Shown here: positions 50,601 through 60,568 of the stretch, piece after piece
How positions within the stretch are numbered: the first letter of the stretch is position 1
Layout of the letters: each line of letters starts with the position of its first letter
DNA from: Patescibacteria group bacterium
GTDB taxonomy: Bacteria; Patescibacteriota; Patescibacteriia; Patescibacteriales; UBA12465
DNA: 60,928 nt
Assembly (NCBI GenBank): GCA_027858435.1
Contig: JAQICS010000032.1
Coordinates: forward strand, 1 to 60,928
Reading direction: 5' to 3'
Made by a program: the position numbers and the translations under genes
Notes under the pieces: generated by a model
Seen by the model: the letters and a program-made list of their open reading frames with translations, nothing else
Database searches by the model: none
What the model was told of the DNA's origin: nothing

Positions 50601-51700
50601 TCTACTCCTTCCGGAAGTTCTATTTCTTCTTTTATCTTAACCTTGAGACCGCTAATTTTAGAACTAGCATCTTTCTCACTTTTAATTATTTTTTCACTAG
50701 CAGCTCCCATATTATCCGCTAAAACATCAATTTCTACTTCTTCTAATTCGCTTTTATCATCACCCTTTATATAACTAGCAATTTTAGAGCCTATCTTTTG
50801 CACTTTGTCTTTAGCCCTGTTAAATGCCAGTTTAATTCTAGAAACTGGATTATTAATTAAGCTCCATCTAATTAATAGTCCTGAAGCTTTCACACTACCT
50901 CTAACTTCTTTATCATTAAATGAAGATGAAACAACTTCATCAACTTCTACATCCTCTAAACTATTTTGTAGATATTGAGTATAGGGCAAGAAAATATAAC
51001 GCTTACCGTCTCTAATTAAACCAGCGTTATAGCCACCATTTTCTGGAAAAGGGATAATAGAGTCTTGTCTGGGAACTATGTAGGAAAATTCCTTATCTTT
51101 GGAAAAACAATCTCCTCTGTCGTTATATACACTATAATCATCAAAACCATCAGGGGTAATATTAACCCCATATTCATCTTCATTATATACTAAGCTATTT
51201 AAATCATAAGGATTAGAAACACTAGAGCTTTCATATACTTTTTCTGCTAAACCCACACAAGTCCAATCACCATCTTCAGGCCCTTTTTGAGATTTAAAAT
51301 TAAAATCATAAGCTAAATTAGCCTCAGAAATAACTCTAGCTAAGGTAACTGCTTTAGCGCGACTTATATCACTAACTCCTTTTGGAATTCTTGCTCCCAC
51401 CAACTCTTCTCCAAGAGAAGTGTTGATAAACTTATCAAGCGGTGTTTTCACCACTCCACTAGCTAGGGCTTCCACCACATATTTAACCCCTTCTTCTTCT
51501 CCGACATAAATACCTACATGTCCAGGCATTATCCCTTTCATAATCCCATTTTCTACTTCAATTAATTCATCACTACTTAATCCATACATTTTCCCTTCAT
51601 CAGTGGTTCTATAAAGCAGAGTGCCAAAGGGCATAGCAAAACACAGACGAGGGAGAACAAATATAGAAAGTAGTGAAAATAAAATAATTTTAATTTTCAT
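47678..51700 (-). CDS. Large secreted protein: permuted NlpC/P60-like domain, two lamin-tail-like repeats, two LamG-like domains
   Basis: Signal peptide; GHVGIY...VVEA...YD...TCVGLAEKVY; FIELYNP repeats; WHHLVLTYD and DELAIW; acidic linkers. Confidence 0.75.
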   Translation of the reverse strand: MKIKIILFSLLSIFVLPRLCFAMPFGTLLYRTTDEGKMYGLSSDELIEVENGIMKGIMPGHVGIYVGEEEGVKYVVEALASGVVKTPLDKFINTSLGEELVGARIPKGVSDISRAKAVTLARVISEANLAYDFNFKSQKGPEDGDWTCVGLAEKVYESSSVSNPYDLNSLVYNEDEYGVNITPDGFDDYSVYNDRGDCFSKDKEFSYIVPRQDSIIPFPENGGYNAGLIRDGKRYIFLPYTQYLQNSLEDVEVDEVVSSSFNDKEVRGSVKASGLLIRWSLINNPVSRIKLAFNRAKDKVQKIGSKIASYIKGDDKSELEEVEIDVLADNMGAASEKIIKSEKDASSKISGLKVKIKEEIELPEGVEIKEVDKAKKISLNYEEVIQETERKKDDSQESNDNDKELNKSDDNSVNEEVYVEENSLDTEYISTSSKFFKDFLEIDYTKEKSLSKIETEEKDYLSEIESEIESEEEDLDKNIYISKIYAENNNEFIELYNPNNFALDLKEEDYRLEKARTATNPSILVRIGDDGDANYPGGTIIPALGYYLIVNAEASDYYKDKADALVSRSNFSLNNKKQSLFLATGAVSSYEDEDVVDLVGYGSEAKYFLGEAPAPEIINYHFLNRISYNFDNSLDFNLLLSADPEAVEAWQEENESDIPGSDYEEDDGDNNEEEDEEVEEDLEIIENGITKLYIQAIGSEENNDFIKLQNRSNYDIDLAKFSIRLEKAVSATNPSILVRIGDITDAAYPGGTIVKKGESYLIVKDEADDYLLSIADAIVVRDNFIITNSEQSIYLGVNSISSPDDEDIIDLVGFGEEVIYFSGENPAPSIGENMILYRQSYTSENSYDYLLKSKYEYFNLEEPEDNANNEENNEEEEEEEEENNEEEGNEEENNEEEEEEENDNLEGDNEVEASFPNIVDNYQAGTDYIYNPETSILSDDIEYLNHFNDCSLYNGHSIIGKWGCGKELGRYMGSFYEEFENNIDLNNFSLSFYYRYVNGWPLINLTLANEDNSLSIGFEPGDLFLSGVLGDESFPIQNDTVLEDYEYMNSWHYFNLIINREENVLIILNDGEELFRLNIEDSNLFSAQNISLSGGESSVYFDELAIWQRAVTAEEVNNYIEDDKQFFPLDNKREPLELQALYEWNFDNALSTSSIDSLHNQKMVFSEDSIVDLDGDKALSLSNDIGSALLPDYVSSRDFSVSMWWKNTSFPNDGQIVFSLSDRNEYGDNDKFTFFANSYERSMTMKYMWHYISNGLNEGFPYDSNWHHLVLTYDSVNFQFKLYVDNNLENQIELSPYGPGEEKFNLIKVESRGDPALLDNLKIYSGLLTENDISYLFTEK

Positions 51701-51715
51701 ATATTTATAATTTAA

Positions 51716-52543
51716 TTAATTAGTATAATAATTTTGCCACTCTTTTTCACTTAGCTCTATCTCCTCTTTTCCTAGAAAGTCAGCCGCAAAAGCTCTTGAT
51801 ATATTGTCGTTTATAAACGTGCTCTCATATACCTTTTGCCAAACAGTTACTACTTCTTCATTGAATGTTTCTTGATAATTTGCTAGTAGTAAAACAAGGT
51901 CTTGTCTTAATTTAAAATTAACAGTCTCGTTAAAAATTAAACCCTCAATTCTTTTTACTTGTTTTAAACTATAGTCATTAATCTTTTCCCAGCTAGATAT
52001 CTTAACTATCGCTGCTCTTTTTACATCAAGTGAAAAATCATTTTCTAAAATATAGAAATAATCATTTAAACCATTAGAGAAATCATAAGAATAAACTATT
52101 TCTTTTTTAATCTCCTCAATTCCATTCTCATCTAAGAAGTAATCGTTTAAAAAACTTGGTACGTTTTCCTGGCTATATACACTAGCTAGAATAGATATCA
52201 AATCTTTTCTAAGTTGGGTATTTTCTTCCTCATTAACAATCACCTGCTTAATTTTCTCCTTATTTATTTCTTTATTATCAAGCCTATTAGAAATACAAGA
52301 CCTATACTCCTCTCTTTCTAAAAAACAACTGTCCCGACAAATTACTTCAGCACTATATGTTCTTTTTAATTTTTCTAAGCAAACACTAAACTTAGAAAGA
52401 AAGAAAAAAGAAAGAAGGTAGTATAGAAAAATTAAAAATATAATTGATAAAAAGCTAATAAGCATTATTCTTTTATTTTTCTTTCTTTTTAAAAAGGCTA
52501 ATAATTTTCTTTTATTAATTAATCTTTTCTTTTTGTGTTGCAT
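51716..52543 (-). CDS. Single-TM helical (HEAT-like) protein
   Basis: Basic N-terminus, TM, Cys cluster, helical repeats. ATG 52543 preferred over the TTG at 52573. Confidence 0.6.
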   Translation of the reverse strand: MQHKKKRLINKRKLLAFLKRKKNKRIMLISFLSIIFLIFLYYLLSFFFLSKFSVCLEKLKRTYSAEVICRDSCFLEREEYRSCISNRLDNKEINKEKIKQVIVNEEENTQLRKDLISILASVYSQENVPSFLNDYFLDENGIEEIKKEIVYSYDFSNGLNDYFYILENDFSLDVKRAAIVKISSWEKINDYSLKQVKRIEGLIFNETVNFKLRQDLVLLLANYQETFNEEVVTVWQKVYESTFINDNISRAFAADFLGKEEIELSEKEWQNYYTN

Positions 52544-52734
52544 AAATTTATAGTTATAATTTTTATACTCCAAACTATAACAAAGGAGACGTTTAGAAAA
52601 ACTAAGAAACAGTTAAGAAAAAAAGAAGATGAAGATAAGAAATAAAAAAAAGAAGAACAAAATTAATTGTTCTTCTAAAATAAAGCAGGAAATATGATCA
52701 GCTATAGAATTTCTAGTGTAAGATATTAGTGTAT

Positions 52735-54999
52735 TTAATTAGTCTCTTCTTCTGTATTTTCAGCTTGTTCAATTAAATTCATAGCTTGAATAAAAGACTG
52801 CCACTCTTCTTCAATACCTTCGTTTTTTTCTTTTAAACCATCTTTAATCTCATTAGCTTTATCTAAGTCGGAATTTAAGTAATATAGTTTAGCTAAACTA
52901 AGGGCAATGTCTTTGTTTTCAGGGTTTAACTCATGTAACCTTTTAGCAACCACAACAGATCTATTATAATCTCCTTCGTTTACATATTGAGAAACAACTT
53001 GTTCTAGAAATAAGCTTGATTTTATTGAATCAATTCCCCCTAAATCAAGGCATTTATCAAAAGCATTGGAAAATTCTTCGCTGTTTTGTTTTCCCATGCT
53101 GGCATAGAATTGAGATAACTGACAATATCCAGCGTAGTATTCCCTATTAAAACTAATTCCTTTTTCAACTACTTCAATTGCTTTTTCCTCTTCTCCTCTT
53201 AAAACAAGCATTTGACCTTTAGCAAAGTATAGAGGAGCTCTTTCTGGGCTTGCTTTAATTGCTATTTCCATGGCCTCTGTTGCTTCTTTGCTTAGCTTCT
53301 GATACATTTCCTCATCCTTGTCTTTATAATAATCAGCTGAGACATCAAGTACTTGAGTTAATTGCAAGTTCATTAAACTGTCCATGCTATTGTGTGAAAC
53401 ATTTTTCTTCGCATTTTCAATGACATAGGAAATATAATCATCAGCTATTTCATCCGGTAGCTTATCCAGTACTTGACGATTAGAGGTAAAGAGATTAATT
53501 AAAATGCCACGCGCATCCCTATCAAGTGGTCCTCCATTTAATGATTCTTTAAAAGTAGTAAGTCCTTCTTGAAATTCTCCTGATTTCATTTGTGAATATC
53601 CAGTTATCGCTCCCTTTAAATCATTCTTGTACCTTATATTAAAATTAGCGGTAAATATGTAGGCAAATAATAGGAAAAGAATAATTAGGAAAATTTCAAG
53701 GCTTTGGCTTTTAATTAAACTTTTTCTTTCCTCTCTTTCTTTTCCATCAAAGTATAGCCAAGAAATATAGCCTAAGGTTATCATTAAGCCAATATATGTA
53801 ACAAAGGAGTCAAAAATGGCTAGGTTTTGAATGAAATAAGCTGCTAGAAGTGAAACAATTAAAATTATCTCTAAATTTTTCCGGTGTTTAAAATCTGATA
53901 TTCCTGCTTTGAAGTCATTCTCTTTCATTACCCTAAAGAGATAAATGAGAGCAAAGATAAAGATAGTTAAATAAGTAATAAGGCCAACTAAACCAGTGGT
54001 AGAGGCAATATCAATTAAGTTATTATGAGCTCTATCAAAATATGTTTCTGAGGTAGTGTAATTAAAGAATTTAGAGTCAAAATGCTTATCAAAAATAACA
54101 GCAAAATTACCAAAACCAGTTCCAAGCATTGGGTGATTACCAAAGTCTTCAGCAGCTGCCTGCCAAGATATTAAACGAGTTTGGAAAGTTATCTTTTGTG
54201 GGGTTAAATTCTTTAGAAAACTATTTTGAAACCAAGTAGTTTGACTTTGAGAAAAGATAAAAGTGACGGAAATAATTGCTAGAGCAAATAAAGTTAAAGA
54301 CAACCTCTTTATTTTTTTATTATCATGAAACAAACCAACTAAAAAAATAGTTAATAGTATTCCTAAAAACAAACCAATAATTGCCCCCGATGTTTTACAC
54401 TGCCAGAATTCAAGTAACATGATAATAACGGGGATTGAGTATATCCAACGTAGTTTTTTTTCATTTTCTCTAAAAAATAAGATAGCAGCAAAGAACAGGT
54501 TAAAGATTAAATAACCACTAACATAAGCGGTGTTTCCAATAAAACTATAGGTATTATCTCCCATTAAACCTTTTAAACTAACAATTGTCGCTACCACTAC
54601 TGAAGATATTAAAAGAGTCTGCCAGTCTTTAAATTTCCTAAAAACTGAGACAATGACTAAATAGAACAAAAAGAAATGAGAAACGTGAAATAGTCCCAGC
54701 ATTCGCTCAGCATCTCCCCAAAAACTTAACTGCGGATCAACAGAGACAAACAGCGAAGCAGTTATAGCTAATAAATAAGCTAACAGGCCAAAAGTAATTA
54801 AATTCTTTCTGGGCCGATACTTAGGAAACTTTAGGATAAAGACAAGCCACAGAGCAAACATTAGCTCAGTTAAGATATTGAAACTAAATTGCTTAGAAGT
54901 AATATAGGGGAAAAGTAATTCTTTGTTTACAAAGAAGACAAAGATAAGGGAGAAAATTGCCAAAATTTGTAAAATCAACTTATAGGTTTTTTCATTCAT
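52735..54999 (-). CDS. O-antigen-ligase-family protein with C-terminal TPRs
   Basis: Multi-TM; TRLISW, GTGFGNF, DRAHN; TPR-like helices. Confidence 0.85.
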   Translation of the reverse strand: MNEKTYKLILQILAIFSLIFVFFVNKELLFPYITSKQFSFNILTELMFALWLVFILKFPKYRPRKNLITFGLLAYLLAITASLFVSVDPQLSFWGDAERMLGLFHVSHFFLFYLVIVSVFRKFKDWQTLLISSVVVATIVSLKGLMGDNTYSFIGNTAYVSGYLIFNLFFAAILFFRENEKKLRWIYSIPVIIMLLEFWQCKTSGAIIGLFLGILLTIFLVGLFHDNKKIKRLSLTLFALAIISVTFIFSQSQTTWFQNSFLKNLTPQKITFQTRLISWQAAAEDFGNHPMLGTGFGNFAVIFDKHFDSKFFNYTTSETYFDRAHNNLIDIASTTGLVGLITYLTIFIFALIYLFRVMKENDFKAGISDFKHRKNLEIILIVSLLAAYFIQNLAIFDSFVTYIGLMITLGYISWLYFDGKEREERKSLIKSQSLEIFLIILFLLFAYIFTANFNIRYKNDLKGAITGYSQMKSGEFQEGLTTFKESLNGGPLDRDARGILINLFTSNRQVLDKLPDEIADDYISYVIENAKKNVSHNSMDSLMNLQLTQVLDVSADYYKDKDEEMYQKLSKEATEAMEIAIKASPERAPLYFAKGQMLVLRGEEEKAIEVVEKGISFNREYYAGYCQLSQFYASMGKQNSEEFSNAFDKCLDLGGIDSIKSSLFLEQVVSQYVNEGDYNRSVVVAKRLHELNPENKDIALSLAKLYYLNSDLDKANEIKDGLKEKNEGIEEEWQSFIQAMNLIEQAENTEEETN

Positions 55000-55087
55000 A
55001 TTAATTTATTATTATCTATACTTAATTTATTTATATTACACTTAAATTATTTAAATTATTATATCAACTAAAATACAATATACAAAA

Positions 55088-56320
55088 CTACTCTGTTCTT
55101 AAAGCTTCAACTGGGTCAAGCTTTGAAGCTCTTTTAGCTGGCTGAAAGCCAAAGAGAAGACCACAAATAATGGAGAAAACAAAAGAAACCAATATTCCCT
55201 GCCAAGGAAAAAGAAAGGCTATCTTTAAATTATAGGCTAGAGCTAGCTTATAAATCACAAATGATCCAATTACCCCAACCACTACCCCAATTAACCATCC
55301 CCAAAAAGTAATTAGAACTGATTCAATTAAAAACTGCCAAGTAATATCTGTTGGTTTTGCTCCCATTGCTTTTCTTAAACCAATTTCCGGAGTTCTCTCA
55401 GTCACAGTAACATACATAATATTCATAATACCTACTCCACCAACTAGAAGTGAGATTAAAACAATTCCTAAAAGAAGAAAAGTAACTGCACTGGTAACAA
55501 CTCCTAAAGTATCAACAATTTCTTCCATAGTGGAAACTCGAAAATCATCATAGTCAGGATTAGTAATTTCATGTCTTTCTCTAAGTAGATATTTAATTTC
55601 TTCAGCGGTATCCTCAGCTCTATTTAAATCCTTTAACTGATGAATAAAATACATTGAATAATCCACTCCCAAAATTCTTTTTTGCAAAGTATTTACAGGA
55701 ACATAAACTATTTCATCAAAGTCAATAAAATTAAATGCTCCACTTTGCTCTTCTAAAACACCAATTACCCGATAATTAAAAGTTCCTAATCTAAGCATCT
55801 TTCCCACTGCTTCACTGTTTCCAAATAAATCCTCTTTTAATTTGTAACCAATAACTGCCACTGTTGCTTGTGACTCATTCTCCCCTTCGGTAAAAAACCG
55901 TCCTTCAGAAATAATACTTTTCCTATCAATATTAATATAACTTTGACCAACACCAAAGATAAAAGTATTTGTTCCCTCAGCCCCATAGCTAACTCTTTTC
56001 TGACCAAGAGAAGCAGCGTAACCATCAACAATATTATCCAATTTATTTATTTCTTCAAAATCTCCCATTTTTAAAGTGGTAACTTCTCCCACCTGAAAAC
56101 TGTTTTTTGTACTAGGCACTTTTATTTCTGTTTGAATAACATCACTACCATAGGAATTAACCTCACCAGCAATAATACTATTTAAAGCATCACCGGCAAA
56201 GAAAACCATGATTATAGAAGCAGCCCCAATTATCACACCTAAAACAGTCAAACTAGTTCTTAGAATATTTTGACTTAGTGATTTTAGAGCAAGTTGTAGA
56301 GCAATTACTATTTTGTTCAT
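55088..56320 (-). CDS. MacB-family ABC permease
   Basis: LTVLGVIIG, VGGVGIMNIM, ERTPEIGLRKAMGA, LDPVEALR. Confidence 0.92.
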   Translation of the reverse strand: MNKIVIALQLALKSLSQNILRTSLTVLGVIIGAASIIMVFFAGDALNSIIAGEVNSYGSDVIQTEIKVPSTKNSFQVGEVTTLKMGDFEEINKLDNIVDGYAASLGQKRVSYGAEGTNTFIFGVGQSYINIDRKSIISEGRFFTEGENESQATVAVIGYKLKEDLFGNSEAVGKMLRLGTFNYRVIGVLEEQSGAFNFIDFDEIVYVPVNTLQKRILGVDYSMYFIHQLKDLNRAEDTAEEIKYLLRERHEITNPDYDDFRVSTMEEIVDTLGVVTSAVTFLLLGIVLISLLVGGVGIMNIMYVTVTERTPEIGLRKAMGAKPTDITWQFLIESVLITFWGWLIGVVVGVIGSFVIYKLALAYNLKIAFLFPWQGILVSFVFSIICGLLFGFQPAKRASKLDPVEALRTE

Positions 56321-56323
56321 AAA

Positions 56324-57571
56324 TTATTCATATCTTAAAGCTTCAATTGGATCAAGTTTTGAAGCACGATTGGCTGGATAGAAACCAAAGATAACTCCGA
56401 TTACAGTTGACAAACCAATGGCAATAGCAAACGAGGAAAAAGAAATAACAAAAGCCCAATCGTATCCTAGTGATTGCACTACCACTGATACTAACCAAGC
56501 AAAAAATATTCCAATTAATAGTCCAATTATACCACCTATTAAAGTCAAAACAATTGATTCAAATAAAAACTGTAAGCGGATGTGATTATTTTTAGCACCA
56601 ATTGCCTTTCTAAGACCTATCTCTCTAGTTCTCTCAGTGACTGAAACAAGCATGATGTTCATAATACCTACCCCGCCAACAATAAGAGATAGAGCAGCCA
56701 TAGCCGCTAAAAAATATTTAATTGAATTGGTAATTGTGGTAACAAGTTCAAGAGCATCTTTAAAAGCCCTAACTGAGAAATCATCTTCTTCAGGATTATT
56801 AACATCATGTCTTTCTCTTAGCGTCATTTTTATATCGGATATGGCATAATCAATATTATTTGTTTGATCAACCCTGACAAAAGCTGAGCTTAAATAGTTA
56901 ACCCCGGCTAATATCTTTTGAGCGAATTCCAGTGGTACTAAAATTTGATCATTGGGATCAGAAAAACCTGCTTTCCCTTTTTCTTCTAGTACTCCAATTA
57001 CCTCTACCGTTTGATTATCAATTTTCATTCTTTGACCAATTGGATTACTCTGAATAAAAACTTCATCCACTACTGTTTGACCAATTACTGCCAATTTTAA
57101 AGCAGAACTCATTTCACTGGAGCTAAAAAACCTACCCTTAACAACTTCAGTGTTTTCTACTTCTAAAAAATCACCACTAGTTCCTTTAATAGTGGTGTCA
57201 TAATTATTATCCTTCCAGGAAACTGGAAGGTTAATGTCATAGTATGAAACAATGTACTTTAAATTAGGAACATTACTTTTATCCTTTAAAGCTTCAATGT
57301 CACTTTGTTTTAAACTAGTTGGCACTATTCCAAAAACAGATGCTGGTGGGCCTTTTTCATCACTTGCTCCCGGTAGTATTCCCACTAAATCAGTACCAAA
57401 AGAATCAAGTTGTCCTAGTATTAATGATTGGGCACCAGCGCCCAGTGACATAATTAAAACCACTGCCCCAACCCCAATAACAATGCCTAGCATTGTTAAA
57501 AAACTTCGAGTCTTATTACTAAGTAAAGCTCGAAAGACAATTTGTAGTAGTTGTTTTAATTCTTCAAACAT
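56324..57571 (-). CDS. MacB-family ABC permease
   Basis: LTMLGIVIG, ERTREIGLRKAIGA, LDPIEALRYE. Confidence 0.92.
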   Translation of the reverse strand: MFEELKQLLQIVFRALLSNKTRSFLTMLGIVIGVGAVVLIMSLGAGAQSLILGQLDSFGTDLVGILPGASDEKGPPASVFGIVPTSLKQSDIEALKDKSNVPNLKYIVSYYDINLPVSWKDNNYDTTIKGTSGDFLEVENTEVVKGRFFSSSEMSSALKLAVIGQTVVDEVFIQSNPIGQRMKIDNQTVEVIGVLEEKGKAGFSDPNDQILVPLEFAQKILAGVNYLSSAFVRVDQTNNIDYAISDIKMTLRERHDVNNPEEDDFSVRAFKDALELVTTITNSIKYFLAAMAALSLIVGGVGIMNIMLVSVTERTREIGLRKAIGAKNNHIRLQFLFESIVLTLIGGIIGLLIGIFFAWLVSVVVQSLGYDWAFVISFSSFAIAIGLSTVIGVIFGFYPANRASKLDPIEALRYE

Positions 57572-58300
57572 TTATTTAACAAGTTCACTATCTTTAGCTA
57601 ATCGCCTGTTTTCCACTTTCTCGTCACTAACAAGTTTTCCGTCTCTAACCCGAATAATTCTCTTGGCATGTTCAGCGGTAAAGGTTTCGTGAGTAACTAA
57701 AATAATAGTTACCCCTTGTTCATTTAAATCTTGGAGTAATTTCATAACCTGAGTACCAGACTTAGAATCAAGATTACCAGTTGGCTCATCAGCAAAAATA
57801 ACCGATGGTTTATTAACCAAAGCTCGAGCAATCGCTACTCTTTGTTTCTCACCACCAGAAATTTGATTAGTATAATAATTTAGGCGATGTGAAAGACCCA
57901 CGCTTTCCAGTACTTTTTTCGCTCTCTCTTCCATATCTTTTTTATCACTGGAATATAAAAGAGGAAGTTTTACATTATCTAGAACTGTCGTTCTAGCTAA
58001 TAAATTAAAAGCTTGAAAAACAAAGCCAATGCTTTTATTCCTTAACTCCGCTAACTCATCTTCATCTAAGTCACTAGCTTTTTCACCACTAAAATAATAA
58101 GTGCCAACACTTGGCTTATCAAGTAAACCTAAAATATGCATTAGCGTTGACTTACCTGATCCAGATGGTCCCATAATAGAAACAAATTCTCCTTTATCAA
58201 TCTTAAAATCAATTCCTTTTAACACTTCAGTCTTTATTTCACCGGTGATATAGGTTCTACCTAAATCTTTTACCTCAATTAATGAATTAGAATTATTCAT
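57572..58300 (-). CDS. MacB/LolD-family ABC ATPase
   Basis: [26 protein letters not shown]. Confidence 0.95.
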   Translation of the reverse strand: MNNSNSLIEVKDLGRTYITGEIKTEVLKGIDFKIDKGEFVSIMGPSGSGKSTLMHILGLLDKPSVGTYYFSGEKASDLDEDELAELRNKSIGFVFQAFNLLARTTVLDNVKLPLLYSSDKKDMEERAKKVLESVGLSHRLNYYTNQISGGEKQRVAIARALVNKPSVIFADEPTGNLDSKSGTQVMKLLQDLNEQGVTIILVTHETFTAEHAKRIIRVRDGKLVSDEKVENRRLAKDSELVK

Positions 58301-58309
58301 ACTTATATA

Positions 58310-60238
58310 TTAATTACCATTTCTAATTAGAGTAATCACTTCGCTTCCCTCACTTACTCCCTCTTGTACCTCTATTTGTCCATTATCGCCTCTTAGGCCG
58401 GTTAGAACCGGAGTTTTGACTACTTCTTCGTTTACCAGAAGTCTTAGGTATTTAACGCCATTTTCTTCGATAATTGCTCTTGATGGAACTGAGATAACAT
58501 TATCTTTTTCATCAGTGGTTATCACCACATTTGCTGTCATACCAGATTTTAAATTTAAGCCTCTTTTCTTAGTTTCAACTAAAACTTTATCTAAATCATT
58601 AAACTCAACTTTTACTTTATAATATACTACCCCTGAAATTAATGTTTGAGCTGGTTCAATAAAACTTACATGACCATCTAAAACAAAGTCATCAGAAAAA
58701 GCATCAAGAGTAATTTCAGTCTTATCATTAATTTTTACTTTAGAAATATTTGATTCAGAAATATCCACTTCAATATTGAAGTTATTATCAACTAACATTT
58801 TAATCATTGTTCCTACTGACCCACTATACTGTTCCCCAACTTCATAGTTTATCTCTGTTATCACACCACTAAGTGGCGCATAGATTTTAGCATCAATAAT
58901 TTGCTTTTCAATACTCTCTAGGGCTGCTTGAGCTTGATTAACTTGTGCTTGGGCTAAGCTTAAATCTTCAGTTCTAGCTGGAGCCACCACCTTATCATAT
59001 TGTGCTTGAGCAAGCTCTTTAGCGTTTATAGCGTTTTCTAATCTAGTCTTAGCTGATAGATATTGTTGTTCACTGCTAAGCTTTATATTGTTTAAAGAAT
59101 TTAAAGCATTTATTTTAGTATTCTGTAGCGAAACATTAGCTTGTGATAGAGCATCTTCAGCACTAGCTATTGAAGTATCGTATGAACTTATAGCATTTTT
59201 ATAAGCAGATAAGGTTCCTTCTAATGAATTATTAGCTGTATTAATATTAGTACTTTGACCAAGTATCATAGTTTTTAAGGCATCAAGTTCAGTTTGAGAA
59301 AAATCAGCAGAAGTAATAGTATTTTCTAGCATCTCATAACTTAAGTCTAGAATCTCTTGCATGTTTTCTAATAAATTAGCTAAATCACTAGAAGCTAATA
59401 GGATACTGCTTTCTGTTTTTAATTCTTTAGCTCTAGCTATCTTTCCCTCAACTAAAACTATCTCATCTTCAATTTGTGACATCTTTGTTTTAACTTCACT
59501 TTTATATGAAGTGTCTAAAACAGAAAGAAGTCCAGAAATATTATCATCATCTAATATTTCTTGAACCTTATTCTTTGCCACTTTTACGCTTAATATCTTA
59601 TCGTTTAAAACTAGAAGCAAAGAACTCTCAGCGTTTGCTAAATTCTTTTCAGCTGTCTGTTTAGCATTACTCAAAGATACTTCAGCACTAACCACCGCTG
59701 ACTCAGCGTTAGTTGGCGTACTTGCACTATCATCCATTAAGTCATCATAATTTTTCTGAGCTTGTCTAATATTTTCCTTAATAGTATTTTCAATTTGTTT
59801 TAAGTCATTTCGTGCAGATTCTTCAGTTGATTTAGCTTGTTCCAGTGATTGACGAGAAATATTTATATCTTGTCTATCAGCTCCAGCATAAACTTTGTTT
59901 AAATTAGATTGAGCAATCTGTAGACCTGCTTCAGACTCTGCTTTTCTTAAAAGCAATGAGCTATCATCAAGAGAAGCTAACAAATCACCCTCTTCAACAC
60001 TATCACCAACAGCCACATCAATAGTTGCCACCTTACCAGTTGTTTGAAAATTTAAAGACATCTCCTTAACTGGTTTAATCGTTCCAGTTTCACTAACAGT
60101 TTGAGTTAAATTACTAGCTTCAGCGATTATAGTTGAGTATTCTGCATCTGATTTAGTGCTTGATCTCCAAATAACAATACCAACAACTATTAGTATTGGT
60201 AGACCAAAATACAAAAACCTTTTTTTAGCTTTCTTCAT
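58310..60238 (-). CDS. MacA-like membrane fusion protein with extended coiled coil
   Basis: VAVGDSVEEG and APLSGVI lipoyl halves; GMTANV; long helical insert. Confidence 0.88.
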   Translation of the reverse strand: MKKAKKRFLYFGLPILIVVGIVIWRSSTKSDAEYSTIIAEASNLTQTVSETGTIKPVKEMSLNFQTTGKVATIDVAVGDSVEEGDLLASLDDSSLLLRKAESEAGLQIAQSNLNKVYAGADRQDINISRQSLEQAKSTEESARNDLKQIENTIKENIRQAQKNYDDLMDDSASTPTNAESAVVSAEVSLSNAKQTAEKNLANAESSLLLVLNDKILSVKVAKNKVQEILDDDNISGLLSVLDTSYKSEVKTKMSQIEDEIVLVEGKIARAKELKTESSILLASSDLANLLENMQEILDLSYEMLENTITSADFSQTELDALKTMILGQSTNINTANNSLEGTLSAYKNAISSYDTSIASAEDALSQANVSLQNTKINALNSLNNIKLSSEQQYLSAKTRLENAINAKELAQAQYDKVVAPARTEDLSLAQAQVNQAQAALESIEKQIIDAKIYAPLSGVITEINYEVGEQYSGSVGTMIKMLVDNNFNIEVDISESNISKVKINDKTEITLDAFSDDFVLDGHVSFIEPAQTLISGVVYYKVKVEFNDLDKVLVETKKRGLNLKSGMTANVVITTDEKDNVISVPSRAIIEENGVKYLRLLVNEEVVKTPVLTGLRGDNGQIEVQEGVSEGSEVITLIRNGN

Positions 60239-60314
60239 ATTATTTAAATATATTTATATTATTTATCACCCTAATTCTCTCATATATAGACCGAAAAATC
60301 AAGAAAACATATTT

Positions 60315-60406
60315 CCTATTCATATCATTTAAACCCCCTATTCATATCATTTTGATAGGAAACAAAGAAAACATTTAATACAAAACAAAGAAAACATTTA
60401 ATACAA
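60315..60406. repeat. Two short tandem duplications
   Basis: CCTATTCATATCATTT twice (60315, 60337); AACAAAGAAAACATTTAATACAA twice (60361, 60384). Confidence 0.85.
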
Positions 60407-60568
60407 GACAAAATATGAAAAATAAAAAAAATACTAAAAAGAAGAACAAAATTAATTGTTCTTCTTTTTATACGTCTTTTAGTTTAATTTATTTAATTAA
60501 ACCAAGGATTATATTTAAATAATTATTTATATATATTATATATAATAATTACTATATATAATTAATTA

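Noticed and set aside
60315..60412. Possible CRISPR mini-array
   Set aside because: Only two copies per repeat, 0-6 nt between them, and no cas genes.
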